From Christensenellaceae bacterium (GTDB lineage: Bacteria > Bacillota > Clostridia > Christensenellales > Borkfalkiaceae), in NCBI GenBank assembly GCA_948658045.1, contig CAPMFN010000007.1, positions 16,865 to 80,864 of the forward strand: DNA of 64,000 nucleotides. Reading direction: 5' to 3'. The position numbers and the translations under genes are program-made. Shown in pieces: positions 1 through 8,969 of the stretch. Within the stretch, counting starts at the first letter, position 1; the number at the start of each line of letters is the position of its first letter. A model generated the notes under the pieces. That model had not been told where the DNA came from. It worked only from the letters and a program-made list of their open reading frames with translations, and did not search any database.

Positions 1-3000
1 AAGACAAAACGAAACTGGAACTTTTTATCGAAAAACAGAGCGCATTGCAAAATAACGGAGCGGCAGTGCAAACCGCAAAAGAGGCAGAGCCAACCGCTTT
101 ATCTGCCGCAACGGCAGTTGCTACGAAAGGTTTATCAAACGCAAATCAGATTATCGTAAGCAATGAAGAAATTATAAAGTGTGCTTCAGTATATTCTGCC
201 GAGGATGTCAGCGACACTTACGAAGGTATGCTTAAAGTTGATTGGTATTCACCTGGCAGCGGAGAATATTGGGCAGAAATCAATTTAAACGTGGATAAAC
301 TGCACTTAGATTCAAAAATAAATTCTGTAAAGTTTGTGCTAATTTCAAAAGATTTTGCTGTCGGAAAATTTAATTTCAATAATACTTTGTATGAAGCAAT
401 GCCGAACAATGAATATTCTTTTGATATTACAAATTTAGTGGCAGGTAAAAAAAGTGTAAATTTGTTTTTTTATCCTTATTATAATGAAGGCTCTTTTATT
501 GAATTTTACACTTCAGGTGTAAATGCGCCTAAAATAATACTTAACTCAGTTGAAAATTGGTATGAGCTGAATAAAACTCCCAATCTGAAAGACTTTAACC
601 TTGGCGATAAAGCAAAAGGATATGTTGACCTTAACGACGGAACTTTCTACACGCAATTTGCGCCTTTTAATTCAAGCGAATTTACTTTGCCTTTAAATAT
701 TTCGCATATTTATAAAAAAGGTGAGGAATGGAGCAAATGCGGTCAGAATTGGCGCTTAAATTTAAACAGAATGTTAAAAGTTGCGTCAAACGATAACGAC
801 CGCACAACTCTTTTCGCCTATACTGACGAGCTCGGCAATGTATACAATTTCGAGGAAAAATATTATTGTATAGATAACGGTCAGAAAATATTTGTTTCTA
901 AAGACAGCATAGAAATAGATTTGAACGGAAATCTTACAAGCGTAGGAAGAACTGTATATAAACATCAGATTTGTAACGGTATGACGTTTGTTTCCGAAAT
1001 AAATGATTTTATAAAATCAGAGTTAATAGAACAAAGAAGCGAAAGGCAGATTAATCTTGAAGAAACAATTAAACAGTATAAAAATACGTTAAGCGAGTAC
1101 GTTTTGGTTAATGTAAATACCGGTGTAATTATCGATACTAACCGCAGTGTTTTGAAAGATGGTTATGAACACTTCATGTTTTATTTGGAAAATTACAGTA
1201 ACATTACTATAATGCCGGAAAGTTCGGCTGTTCAGTTAAAATCTCTTATTTCAAGTAAAAGCTCGCTCAATTCACAAATAAGTGCGGCTACGGATGCAAA
1301 CCATAAAGCACAGCTCCGTAACCAGTTAGAAAATCAAATCGAACCTCAAATACATTATATAACTTGGCAGGCGACGAGGAATGTCTCGCACGTCAAAGAA
1401 ATGTTTGAAACGTATTTTAACAAGCTTGAAGAACTCGACTTTGTGCAGTTGAATACGCCTGTAAATTACCTTAAAGACACCAACGGTTTAATAAGCGGCT
1501 TCAATAAACACGGCAATCTGGTTTGCTTGTGCAATGCCTACGGCGGTTACGTTGCGGTTGAGTATAATAAACTTGACCAAATTTCAAGCATTTACGACGA
1601 CAAAGGTAAAAGTATGTCTTTTGAGTACGAGGATGATAAGCTTGCAAGCATTACAGACTGCCGTGGCAGAAAGACAAACTATGTATATAACGGAAAACAA
1701 CTCACAACGGTTAGGTATGCAGACGGAAGCAATATTAGCTTTACTTATTCGGGCGAAGATATTTCAACCGTGACCGATTCAAACGGTAATAAATCAACAA
1801 TAACTTACGCAAACAATAAGTTAAGCCGAATTCAAACGCTCTCTCATATGGTTAAAATTGCGAAAGACGACGTGACTAGAGGCGCAAGCTATACCAAAAA
1901 AATAGCCGATGTTACATTCGGTTACACCTCTGGCGGCGTAAACATAAATTACGGCGAAGGAAAATCGGAAAGCTACACTTTTACAAGCGGAAAAAATATT
2001 CAGACTCATTCGCAGGCGGACGAAATTCAAACAAAAACCGTAACATACAGCTACGACTATTCGCAGGGCAAAAAAATTACGGAAGTAAGCCAAACCGACG
2101 TTGGCGGCGAACCTGCCGTAACGACCATAAAAATATACGACGCCTTGGACCGTTTGATAAAAAAGGAAATCGATTGGCGCAACATTTCCGATAGCGTACA
2201 AAAAAGAATAGAGTACTTTTATTTTTACGACAATCACGATAACCTAATTTGCGAAAAATGTTGCGAATTTTTCAAAAAAGACAACAATACATCATCTTCA
2301 AATACCAGCTTGAAAAATTACAGCTACAACGCGCAGGGCAGTCTTATCCTCACGGAAAGCTTTGTTATGGGCGAAGAACTTACAAGCGGCAAAAACTATG
2401 AAGAGCGTGTTTACGACGAAAACGGCAACGTTACAAAAACCGTAAAATGGAACAGCTTGGACAGTTCAAGTAAATTCTATTCCGAAAGCGTCATTTCCGA
2501 AAGCGGTCTTGTCACCGCAGAAAAAGACGAAACAGGCGAAGCGGTTTCCGAATACGAATACCTTGACGGCACAAACGTTGTAAAAAGCGTAAAACAGACT
2601 AACGGCATTACAGTTGCATACGGCAGAGACCCCGGCAATTTTACGGTAACTTCTGTAACGCAAAGCACGGCGGACGGCGAATCAAGCACTAACGATATAA
2701 TTTACGAGTGTGATTTGCCCGTAGAGGTAAAAAGCGAAAACACGGTTATAGATTACGAGTACGATTTTAAGGGCAGAAAGACCAAAGTCACCGTCAACGG
2801 CAAAGTTCAGTCAACTACAACTTATGAGGACTTTGAATATAATCAGGATTCAGAATCTGCAGTATACGGCTCAAGTAATACGACTTTATATGTTGGTGCA
2901 GACGAAACAATCAATTTTGCTCAAAGTAAAACGGGCAGGTTGAACGAGGATACGGGTAAAATGCGTATAAAAGAGGTAACAGAAGTAAACGGTCAAACCG

Positions 3001-4811
3001 TCGTCGGCAAAGAGTATGACGAAAAAGGTCGCGTGAAAAAAGTTATTGATAATTATTCAGACGTTAATGTAGATTATACATATAATTATTACGGAAATAT
3101 TGTTTCAATAGAAAAAACCAAAAATAATGTGATGCACTTAACTGAAAATTATCGTTATAATGAATACGGCGAAGTCTCTGAAAAACACATTTTCGGTGCG
3201 GTTAATCACGCCTATACTTTCGGGTACAAATCGGACGCGGCGCGCACACTTGAATATGTTCGTTACGATAATAATAAATTCGTACATTTAACTGACGTAA
3301 ACGGCAGAAATACGGGTAGGGAGATTGCTTTACCTATGGGAGGCAAAATTGCTGGTGAATATATTTCATATCGTAAGGTGGGCGACCACGCAACGAATAT
3401 GCCGTCCGTAATCTGGTACGCAAGCGGCGAGGATATCAAAGACAACATAAAGTATAAGTACGACAAAAGCGGCAACATCTGCGAAATAACTGAAAACGGA
3501 CATATTGTTGCAAAGTATGCCTACGACGGGTTAAACCGTCTTGTCCGCGAAGACAATAAGCCGCTGAATAAAACCGTGCTTTACAGCTATGATAATTGCG
3601 GCAATATAACAGAGCGTTGCGAATACGCGTACACGAGGAAAAGCGGCGAAGAGCTTACCGAACTTGACTGCACGCATTTTGCATACGAATACGACGGCGA
3701 CAGGCTTGTAAGCTACAACGGAGAAAAGTGCGAGTATAATAATAACGGTTGCCCTTATACATATCGAAACAAATCATTAGAGTGGCGTTTCGGCACACGT
3801 GCAGCGTATTTTGACGGAATATCATACGAACACGACGGCTTCGGCAAAAGAATAAAAAAGAACAATATAGAGTTTGTTTATGACAGCGACGGCAGACTTA
3901 TAAAACAAAGTAACGGGCTTGAATTTATCTACGACGATAAACAGGTAATAGCTTTAGAAAAAGCACAAATTCGTTACTTCTACCGTAGAGACGTACAGGG
4001 CAATATTATAGCTTTACTTGACGAAAACGGCGCAGTTGTGGTAAGATATATCTACGACGCATGGGGCAACCACGCCGTGGTTGACGTAAATGGAAACGAT
4101 GTTGAAAGCGGAATAGGAGTATTAAATCCGTTCAGATATCGCGGCTACTATTACGACGCAGAAACAGGCTTGTACTATTTGCAAACCCGTTATTACGACC
4201 CCGAAACAGGCAGATTTATTTCTCAGGACAGCATAGAATACGCCGACCCCGAAGCCGTAAACGGACTGAACCTCTACGCATACTGCGGCAATAATCCCGT
4301 AATGAACGTAGACCCTAACGGCAATAGTTTCCTTAGAAAAGTAGGCAGTTGGTTCAAAAATGCAGGCAATACTATCAAAAATTTCTTTGTACATGAAGTA
4401 TATGAAGGCGCAATAAAACCTGCAACTGATTGGATTGTTGACGTTGCGACTCCTGCGGTTAGTAATTTCTTTACTAGTACGGTTCCTGATTTCTTTGTAA
4501 ATACTATTTATAACGGCGGACTAAAGCCTGCGTGGAATGCAGTATCTAATTTCTTCGTTAATACATTCTGGAATGATTGGATTGTAGATAAAGTGTGGAA
4601 TAACGGATTAGTTGTTGCTTGGGATTGGATTTCTGATATTGACAACTTGCTTTGGTTACTTGGTGCTATTGCAACAGTGGTAGGTGCTGCTATTACGATA
4701 GTTGGCGCAGTTATTACTTTACCGGTATGGGCGACAGTTTTAGGGGTTGTAGCTTCAGTCGTTGGTGTAGGTGTGCTAATTTGGCAATCAATAAGATTTT
4801 TTGGGGGTTAA
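1..4811 (+). CDS. RHS/YD-repeat polymorphic toxin, 5'-partial (frame open to window edge), with hydrophobic C-terminal toxin domain
   Basis: There is no in-frame stop between position 3 and the TTG at 45, so the gene continues upstream. Many YD/RHS repeats are present (YDDKGKSMSFEYEDDKL, YVYNGKQLTTVRY, YDALDRLIKK, YDGLNRLVRED). The RHS core end YYDPETGRFISQDSIEYADPEAVNGLNLYAYCGNNPVMNVDPNG (PxxxxDPxG) lies at ~4190-4320. It is followed by a ~160-aa Trp/Phe-rich repeat region (NFFV... x3) and two C-terminal TM helices. Confidence 0.9.
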   Translation, partial: DKTKLELFIEKQSALQNNGAAVQTAKEAEPTALSAATAVATKGLSNANQIIVSNEEIIKCASVYSAEDVSDTYEGMLKVDWYSPGSGEYWAEINLNVDKLHLDSKINSVKFVLISKDFAVGKFNFNNTLYEAMPNNEYSFDITNLVAGKKSVNLFFYPYYNEGSFIEFYTSGVNAPKIILNSVENWYELNKTPNLKDFNLGDKAKGYVDLNDGTFYTQFAPFNSSEFTLPLNISHIYKKGEEWSKCGQNWRLNLNRMLKVASNDNDRTTLFAYTDELGNVYNFEEKYYCIDNGQKIFVSKDSIEIDLNGNLTSVGRTVYKHQICNGMTFVSEINDFIKSELIEQRSERQINLEETIKQYKNTLSEYVLVNVNTGVIIDTNRSVLKDGYEHFMFYLENYSNITIMPESSAVQLKSLISSKSSLNSQISAATDANHKAQLRNQLENQIEPQIHYITWQATRNVSHVKEMFETYFNKLEELDFVQLNTPVNYLKDTNGLISGFNKHGNLVCLCNAYGGYVAVEYNKLDQISSIYDDKGKSMSFEYEDDKLASITDCRGRKTNYVYNGKQLTTVRYADGSNISFTYSGEDISTVTDSNGNKSTITYANNKLSRIQTLSHMVKIAKDDVTRGASYTKKIADVTFGYTSGGVNINYGEGKSESYTFTSGKNIQTHSQADEIQTKTVTYSYDYSQGKKITEVSQTDVGGEPAVTTIKIYDALDRLIKKEIDWRNISDSVQKRIEYFYFYDNHDNLICEKCCEFFKKDNNTSSSNTSLKNYSYNAQGSLILTESFVMGEELTSGKNYEERVYDENGNVTKTVKWNSLDSSSKFYSESVISESGLVTAEKDETGEAVSEYEYLDGTNVVKSVKQTNGITVAYGRDPGNFTVTSVTQSTADGESSTNDIIYECDLPVEVKSENTVIDYEYDFKGRKTKVTVNGKVQSTTTYEDFEYNQDSESAVYGSSNTTLYVGADETINFAQSKTGRLNEDTGKMRIKEVTEVNGQTVVGKEYDEKGRVKKVIDNYSDVNVDYTYNYYGNIVSIEKTKNNVMHLTENYRYNEYGEVSEKHIFGAVNHAYTFGYKSDAARTLEYVRYDNNKFVHLTDVNGRNTGREIALPMGGKIAGEYISYRKVGDHATNMPSVIWYASGEDIKDNIKYKYDKSGNICEITENGHIVAKYAYDGLNRLVREDNKPLNKTVLYSYDNCGNITERCEYAYTRKSGEELTELDCTHFAYEYDGDRLVSYNGEKCEYNNNGCPYTYRNKSLEWRFGTRAAYFDGISYEHDGFGKRIKKNNIEFVYDSDGRLIKQSNGLEFIYDDKQVIALEKAQIRYFYRRDVQGNIIALLDENGAVVVRYIYDAWGNHAVVDVNGNDVESGIGVLNPFRYRGYYYDAETGLYYLQTRYYDPETGRFISQDSIEYADPEAVNGLNLYAYCGNNPVMNVDPNGNSFLRKVGSWFKNAGNTIKNFFVHEVYEGAIKPATDWIVDVATPAVSNFFTSTVPDFFVNTIYNGGLKPAWNAVSNFFVNTFWNDWIVDKVWNNGLVVAWDWISDIDNLLWLLGAIATVVGAAITIVGAVITLPVWATVLGVVASVVGVGVLIWQSIRFFGG
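3396..3610. repeat. 215-bp exact repeat, partner 6360-6574
   Basis: Base-by-base visual comparison of the main rhs gene with orphan module 2, at a constant offset of 2964. Confidence 0.85.
4029..4213. repeat. 185-bp exact repeat, partner 6993-7177
   Basis: Visual comparison at the same offset of 2964. The flanks are similar but carry scattered substitutions. Confidence 0.85.
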
Positions 4812-4812
4812 A

Positions 4813-5046
4813 TTGAAAAAAATATTTTTTATTATACTGATGACACTTTTATTAATCTTTAGCATAATATTGTTATGTGTTTCTCAGTTTATGGATATAA
4901 CTTTAGGGTTTAGAATTTTTATAATAGTTTATCAAATCGCGTTTTATTTATTTATTATTACTGTTTGCTTTATACAATTATTACAAAAAGTAAAAAATAA
5001 AAAATCTAAAAAAGATAGAAATAATGAACCCACGGATATAGAATAA
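4813..5046 (+). CDS. small multi-TM protein, candidate cognate immunity protein of the main RHS toxin
   Basis: It begins 2 nt after the rhs stop (TAA 4809-4811). GGGGG at 4803-4807 could serve as RBS for the TTG at 4813; the track start at 4801 is also possible. The product is hydrophobic helices plus a KNKKSKKD tail and the ORF is very AT-rich. Its position is typical of an immunity gene. Confidence 0.5.
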   Translation: MKKIFFIILMTLLLIFSIILLCVSQFMDITLGFRIFIIVYQIAFYLFIITVCFIQLLQKVKNKKSKKDRNNEPTDIE

Positions 5047-5128
5047 TTAAATATAGTTTAACAAAAGAGCATATAATACTTTTGAAGAAATTGGAGACAA
5101 AATTTTATATTTTGTTCTGTTAATAAAG

Positions 5129-5162
5129 AAACAAGGCGGTATAAACCGTCTTGTTTTTCTTT
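5129..5162 (+). terminator. intrinsic terminator closing the main rhs/immunity unit
   Basis: An 11-bp stem AAACAAGGCGG / CCGTCTTGTTT (one G-U pair) with loop TATAAA is followed by a T-run. Confidence 0.6.
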
Positions 5163-5164
5163 AA

Positions 5165-5193
5165 TTGACGTGCAGCTTAAAATATGGTAAAAT
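5165..5193 (+). promoter_or_regulatory. sigma-A-like promoter motif at 5' edge of orphan module 1
   Basis: TTGACG (5165-5170), a 17-nt spacer, then TAAAAT (5188-5193), with TG at 5185-5186 giving an extended -10 (TGnTAAAAT). Confidence 0.4.
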
Positions 5194-5881
5194 AATCTAC
5201 GACCCTGAAACGGGCAGATTTATTTCGCAAGATTTAACCGAATACGCCGACCCCGAAGCAATAAACGGCTTAAACCTCTACGCATACTGCGGTAATAACC
5301 CCGTAATGAACGTAGACCCTACGGGGAGAATAGGTTTAACTTTTATTTTAGTTTCAATGCTAATTGGGGCTATAATTGGTGGTGTTTCAGCTGGCGTTAA
5401 AGCAAGTGATGATGGATTAGATGCCAAGGGTATAGCTTTAGCAGTATTAGGTGGTGTTATTTTAGGGGCAGCCGTTTCAGGTTCTTTTGCCCTTGGTGGA
5501 GGAGCGGTCTCAGGTTTAACAATATTAGGAAAAACTGTTTCAGGGTTTGCTTTATTTGCAACTGCGACAATTGGTACAGCTTTGGCTAGCTCAGCTGAAT
5601 ATTGTCTTACTGAACTTGCATATGGAAAAACTCCTAATTTGGAAGGAACATTAATGAGCGGCGTTAAAGGAGCTTTTCAAGGTATGTTTTCTTTTGGTTT
5701 CGGTGCTTTGGCTGGATTAAATGGTAATTTTAAATACGCTGATAAAAGTTTGTTCAATGATACGGGATATTTATTTAAATTACCAAAAGAATCGATAATT
5801 AGATACATTGGATATTCTTTTCCGTCTACAATTATTCGTGGATTATTTGATAAAATATTTCACAAAAATTGGGGGATATAA
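5165..5881 (+). CDS. orphan RHS-tip + glycine-zipper membrane toxin domain (module 1)
   Basis: YDPETGRFISQDLTEYADPEAINGLNLYAYCGNNPVMNVDPTG is homologous to 4193-4320 of the main gene. It is followed by a Gly/Ala-rich hydrophobic region with GxxxG motifs (GAIIGGVSAG, GGVILGAAVSG). The only possible start is the TTG of the -35-like hexamer, and it has no SD. Confidence 0.7.
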   Translation: MTCSLKYGKIIYDPETGRFISQDLTEYADPEAINGLNLYAYCGNNPVMNVDPTGRIGLTFILVSMLIGAIIGGVSAGVKASDDGLDAKGIALAVLGGVILGAAVSGSFALGGGAVSGLTILGKTVSGFALFATATIGTALASSAEYCLTELAYGKTPNLEGTLMSGVKGAFQGMFSFGFGALAGLNGNFKYADKSLFNDTGYLFKLPKESIIRYIGYSFPSTIIRGLFDKIFHKNWGI

Positions 5882-6308
5882 GTGTATAAAAAAATTAGGA
5901 TAAATTTAAATATTATAAAATGGTGTTTAACTTGTTGCTTATTATTAGGAAATTTATTACTATTAGCTAAAAACGATGACAAATTATTTATAATAATTTA
6001 TGAAATTTCAATTAATGTTTTAGCAATTGGTTCATTTATATTGTTGTCATTTTTCCCTCGAATATATTATATTTTCGATGAGTATGGGATTTCTTATCAA
6101 AACAAAAAAGGTAAAGAATATTTGCATATAAGTTGGCAAAATATTGTAGATATTTCATATATATATATTAGGTTTTATTCCAGATGGATTAGAAATAAAA
6201 TGGCAAATACAAGGTAAATTGAATAAGTACACGTTAACAATATCACGTAAACAATCAAAAGAAGTATTTAAATTATTTGCTCAATATATAGATTTTTTAA
6301 ATAAATAA
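5882..6308 (+). pseudogene. module-1 immunity candidate (TM hairpin + small domain), apparently frameshifted
   Basis: A GTG directly follows the toxin stop. The annotated frame ends at 6217, but the +1 frame continues as PDGLEIKWQIQGKLNKYTLTISRKQSKEVFKLFAQYIDFLNK to TAA 6306-6308. That continuation parallels the C-terminus of the module-2 immunity ORF (PGRLEIYLKD..YTKTFLIRIKYKDYHNLPEIY). The shift lies at or just after the (AT)6 tract at 6157-6168. Confidence 0.45.
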
Positions 6309-6310
6309 TA

Positions 6311-6346
6311 AAAAGAATGCTGCTAAATTTAGCAGCATTCTTTTTA
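6311..6346 (+). terminator. intrinsic terminator of module 1
   Basis: Perfect palindrome GAATGCTGCTAAA/TTTAGCAGCATTC (6315-6340) followed by TTTTT. Confidence 0.75.
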
Positions 6347-6362
6347 TTATTTAGCCACAAAT

Positions 6363-7880
6363 ATGCCGTCCGTAATCTGGTACGCAAGCGGCGAGGATAT
6401 CAAAGACAACATAAAGTATAAGTACGACAAAAGCGGCAACATCTGCGAAATAACTGAAAACGGACATATTGTTGCAAAGTATGCCTACGACGGGTTAAAC
6501 CGTCTTGTCCGCGAAGACAATAAGCCGCTGAATAAAACCGTGCTTTACAGCTATGATAATTGCGGCAATATAACCGAACGCTGTGAATACGCGTACACGA
6601 GGAAGAGCGGCGAAGAACTTACCGAACAGGCCTGCACGCATTTTGCATACGAATACGACGGCGACAGGCTTGTAAGCTATAACGGCGAGAAATGCGCGTA
6701 CAATAATTTGGGCAGTCCTACAACCTATCGCGATAAACAAGCGCAATGGCAGTTTGGAACAAGGTTAAGGAGTTTAGGCGCCGCCGCTTTTAATTACGAC
6801 GGCTTCGGCAGAAGAAGTCAAAAGAACGGTATAGAATATACCTATGACAGCGACGGAAGACTTATAAAACAAAGCGACGGTCTTGAATTTGTCTACGACA
6901 ATAAAGAAGTTACGGGTATAATTTATAACGAAAAGCAGTACTTCTACCGCAGGGATATACAGGGCAATATAATAGCCATACTTGACGAAAGAGGCGCAGT
7001 TGTGGTAAGATATATCTACGACGCATGGGGCAACCACGCCGTGGTTGACGTAAATGGAAACGATGTTGAAAGCGGAATAGGAGTATTAAATCCGTTCAGA
7101 TATCGCGGCTACTATTACGACGCAGAAACAGGCTTGTACTATTTGCAAACCCGTTATTACGACCCCGAAACAGGCAGGTTTATCTCTCAGGACAGCATAG
7201 AATACGCCGCCCCCGAAGCCGTAAACGGACTGAACCTCTACGCATACTGTTTAAATAATCCTGTTATGATGACCGATGAAACAGGAACTATGCCCGAATG
7301 GTTAAAATGGGTTTTAGGAATATTAATTATTGTTGTGGCGGTAGGCTTATCAATTGTTACAATGGGTTTAGCTACGCCTATATCTGCAGCATTAGGCGGA
7401 GGTTTAGCTGGTGCTATACTTGGAGGTGCTGTTGCTGGTGCAATTGGTGGGGCAATTGCTGGCTTTGGTATAAGCGTTGGGTTGCAAGGTATTTCAAAAG
7501 GTTTTGAAAATATTGATTGGAAACAAGTTGGGTTTGATACTTTAAGTGGAGCGGTTTCAGGTGCAATAGCAGGTGGTTTATTTGGGGGGTTACAACATGT
7601 AGCAAGTGCAAGCAAAGTAGCTAGCGGTTTATCCGGTTTAGCAAATGCACAAAACAATTTTAATAAAGCATCTTTCGCTTTACAATTTACTCCAATTAAA
7701 ATTTCTGGAGGAGTAATGGCAACTGATAGAATTGCTGCTCAACTGAGTTTTGATGTTGCAAGTGCTAGATTAGGTGCAGTAAAAAGTGTCGCAAACGCTA
7801 TTGAATTTATTTTGAATCAAATTTATAAGATAGCCCGATTTGGCGTAAAACAATTAATAAACAATACAATAAAAGGTTGA
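6363..7880 (+). CDS. long orphan RHS C-terminal fragment + glycine-zipper toxin domain (module 2)
   Basis: The first ~300 aa are YD repeats nearly identical to main-gene residues encoded at 3399-4290, and the ATG corresponds to an internal Met of the main gene. After the tip ...NGLNLYAYCLNNPVMMTDETG comes GGGLAGAILGGAVAGAIGGAIAGFG and a further ~150 aa. No SD is visible. Confidence 0.8.
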   Translation: MPSVIWYASGEDIKDNIKYKYDKSGNICEITENGHIVAKYAYDGLNRLVREDNKPLNKTVLYSYDNCGNITERCEYAYTRKSGEELTEQACTHFAYEYDGDRLVSYNGEKCAYNNLGSPTTYRDKQAQWQFGTRLRSLGAAAFNYDGFGRRSQKNGIEYTYDSDGRLIKQSDGLEFVYDNKEVTGIIYNEKQYFYRRDIQGNIIAILDERGAVVVRYIYDAWGNHAVVDVNGNDVESGIGVLNPFRYRGYYYDAETGLYYLQTRYYDPETGRFISQDSIEYAAPEAVNGLNLYAYCLNNPVMMTDETGTMPEWLKWVLGILIIVVAVGLSIVTMGLATPISAALGGGLAGAILGGAVAGAIGGAIAGFGISVGLQGISKGFENIDWKQVGFDTLSGAVSGAIAGGLFGGLQHVASASKVASGLSGLANAQNNFNKASFALQFTPIKISGGVMATDRIAAQLSFDVASARLGAVKSVANAIEFILNQIYKIARFGVKQLINNTIKG

Positions 7881-7883
7881 ATT

Positions 7884-8192
7884 ATGGATTATTTAAGTTT
7901 AAAAAATGCAATATTTTATCCAAATCAAATAGTTATTCTTAAAAAAAGAGGAAAGGTGTTAATTGATATAATTGATATTGAACGTATTGATTATGAAAAG
8001 CCGTCTTTAAAAAATTACTTATTTTCATCTGTATGGTTCGGTGGAACTTTTCCTGGTCGTTTAGAAATTTACCTTAAAGATAATATTTTGACCCAAAAAA
8101 AATATTATACTAAAACTTTTTTAATTAGAATAAAATATAAGGATTATCATAACTTGCCAGAAATTTATAAACAAAAATTTAATTTGTATTAA
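7884..8192 (+). CDS. module-2 immunity candidate (soluble, 102 aa)
   Basis: The ATG lies 3 nt after the toxin stop with AAAGG upstream. The ORF is very AT-rich and sits directly downstream of the toxin. Confidence 0.5.
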   Translation: MDYLSLKNAIFYPNQIVILKKRGKVLIDIIDIERIDYEKPSLKNYLFSSVWFGGTFPGRLEIYLKDNILTQKKYYTKTFLIRIKYKDYHNLPEIYKQKFNLY

Positions 8193-8248
8193 TATCGAAA
8201 TTAATTTTTTGTGATGTGCAATTGAATTTATAATTTTATTGTATTTAA

Positions 8249-8280
8249 ATAACAGCCGCTGAATATTCAGCGGCTGTTAT
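8249..8280 (+). terminator. hairpin closing module 2
   Basis: ATAACAGCCGCTGAA-TAT-TTCAGCGGCTGTTAT is a perfect long stem, but the following T-run is weak. Confidence 0.4.
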
Positions 8281-8290
8281 AATAGTCATC

Positions 8291-8320
8291 TTGACGCACC
8301 GTTTAAAAATATGGTAAAAT
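8291..8320 (+). promoter_or_regulatory. sigma-A-like promoter motif at 5' edge of orphan module 3
   Basis: TTGACG (8291-8296), an 18-nt spacer, then TAAAAT (8315-8320), with TGg immediately upstream of the -10. Confidence 0.4.
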
Positions 8321-8969
8321 AATTTACGACCCCGAAACAGGCAGATTTATCTCGCAGGACAGCATAGACTACGCCGACCCCGAAAGAATAAACGGCTTAA
8401 ACCTTTTCGCATACTGCGGCAATAATCCCGTAATGAACGTAGACCCTACGGGGAAATCATTAATAGGGTGTTTAGTATTATTAATCATAGGCATAGTTGC
8501 AAGCGGAGTAATAAATGGAGTTGTAGCAGGTGCAAATGCCGCAGAGGGCGAAAGTTTTTGGTCTGCGTTTGCCGGCGGATTTGTCAACGGTGTAATAAGC
8601 GGTATAGGTCTTGCCGTCGGCTTGGCTGTTGCTGTTGGCGGCGGAATTGGTGCATTAGTTGTTGGTGGGATAATTGCGGCAGGTTTTGGCTTTGCTGGTG
8701 GGGTTGCAGGCAGTGCTGTAACGCAAAAAATAACCTATGGTGAAGTTGATAAAAATGTAGCATTGATAGCAGGCGCAATAAGCGCCGGAAATAATTTGTT
8801 AATGTTTGCAGGTTTAAGTGTAGCGGGTGTGTATAGCACAGCTCCGAAATTTTTGACAAGAGTAATGCAGAATTTATTGTTTGATGTAATACCTGTATCA
8901 ATGTCGGTTTTCTGGGGGACTTTGCCAATGCTTAATCCGAATGATTTGAGGGATAAATTTGGGAAATAA
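8313..8969 (+). CDS. orphan RHS-tip + glycine-zipper toxin domain (module 3); no canonical start upstream of Met 8433
   Basis: The frame is open from 8307 because TAA at 8304-8306 is in frame. It encodes GKIIYDPETGRFISQDSIDYADPERINGLNLFAYCGNNPVMNVDPTG, then GIGLAVGLAVAVGGGIGALVVGGIIAAGFGFAGGVAG. The track ORF starts only at the internal Met of PVMNVDP. Confidence 0.6.
   Translation, partial: GKIIYDPETGRFISQDSIDYADPERINGLNLFAYCGNNPVMNVDPTGKSLIGCLVLLIIGIVASGVINGVVAGANAAEGESFWSAFAGGFVNGVISGIGLAVGLAVAVGGGIGALVVGGIIAAGFGFAGGVAGSAVTQKITYGEVDKNVALIAGAISAGNNLLMFAGLSVAGVYSTAPKFLTRVMQNLLFDVIPVSMSVFWGTLPMLNPNDLRDKFGK
8408..8734. repeat. 327-bp exact repeat, partner 10796-11122
   Basis: Line-by-line comparison at offset 2388. 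The duplicated out-of-frame ORFs in the track (8369-8587/10793-10975 and 8468-8743/10856-11170) reflect this repeat. Confidence 0.9.

Noticed and set aside
7238-7657. A 139-aa Pro/Ala-rich minus-strand ORF, together with the 69-aa and 65-aa Cys/Trp- or Gln/His-rich ORFs inside module 2.
   Set aside because: They are alternative-frame or antisense readings of the GGN/GCN-rich glycine-zipper coding region. They have no RBS, and low-complexity composition of this kind is expected from such sequence.
8468-8743. A Cys/Arg/Trp-rich 91-aa ORF and its twin at 10856-11170, which could be mistaken for a duplicated Cys-rich peptide gene.
   Set aside because: Both are the +2 frame of the same duplicated glycine-zipper DNA (327-bp exact repeat). 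The duplication is explained by the toxin cassette itself.
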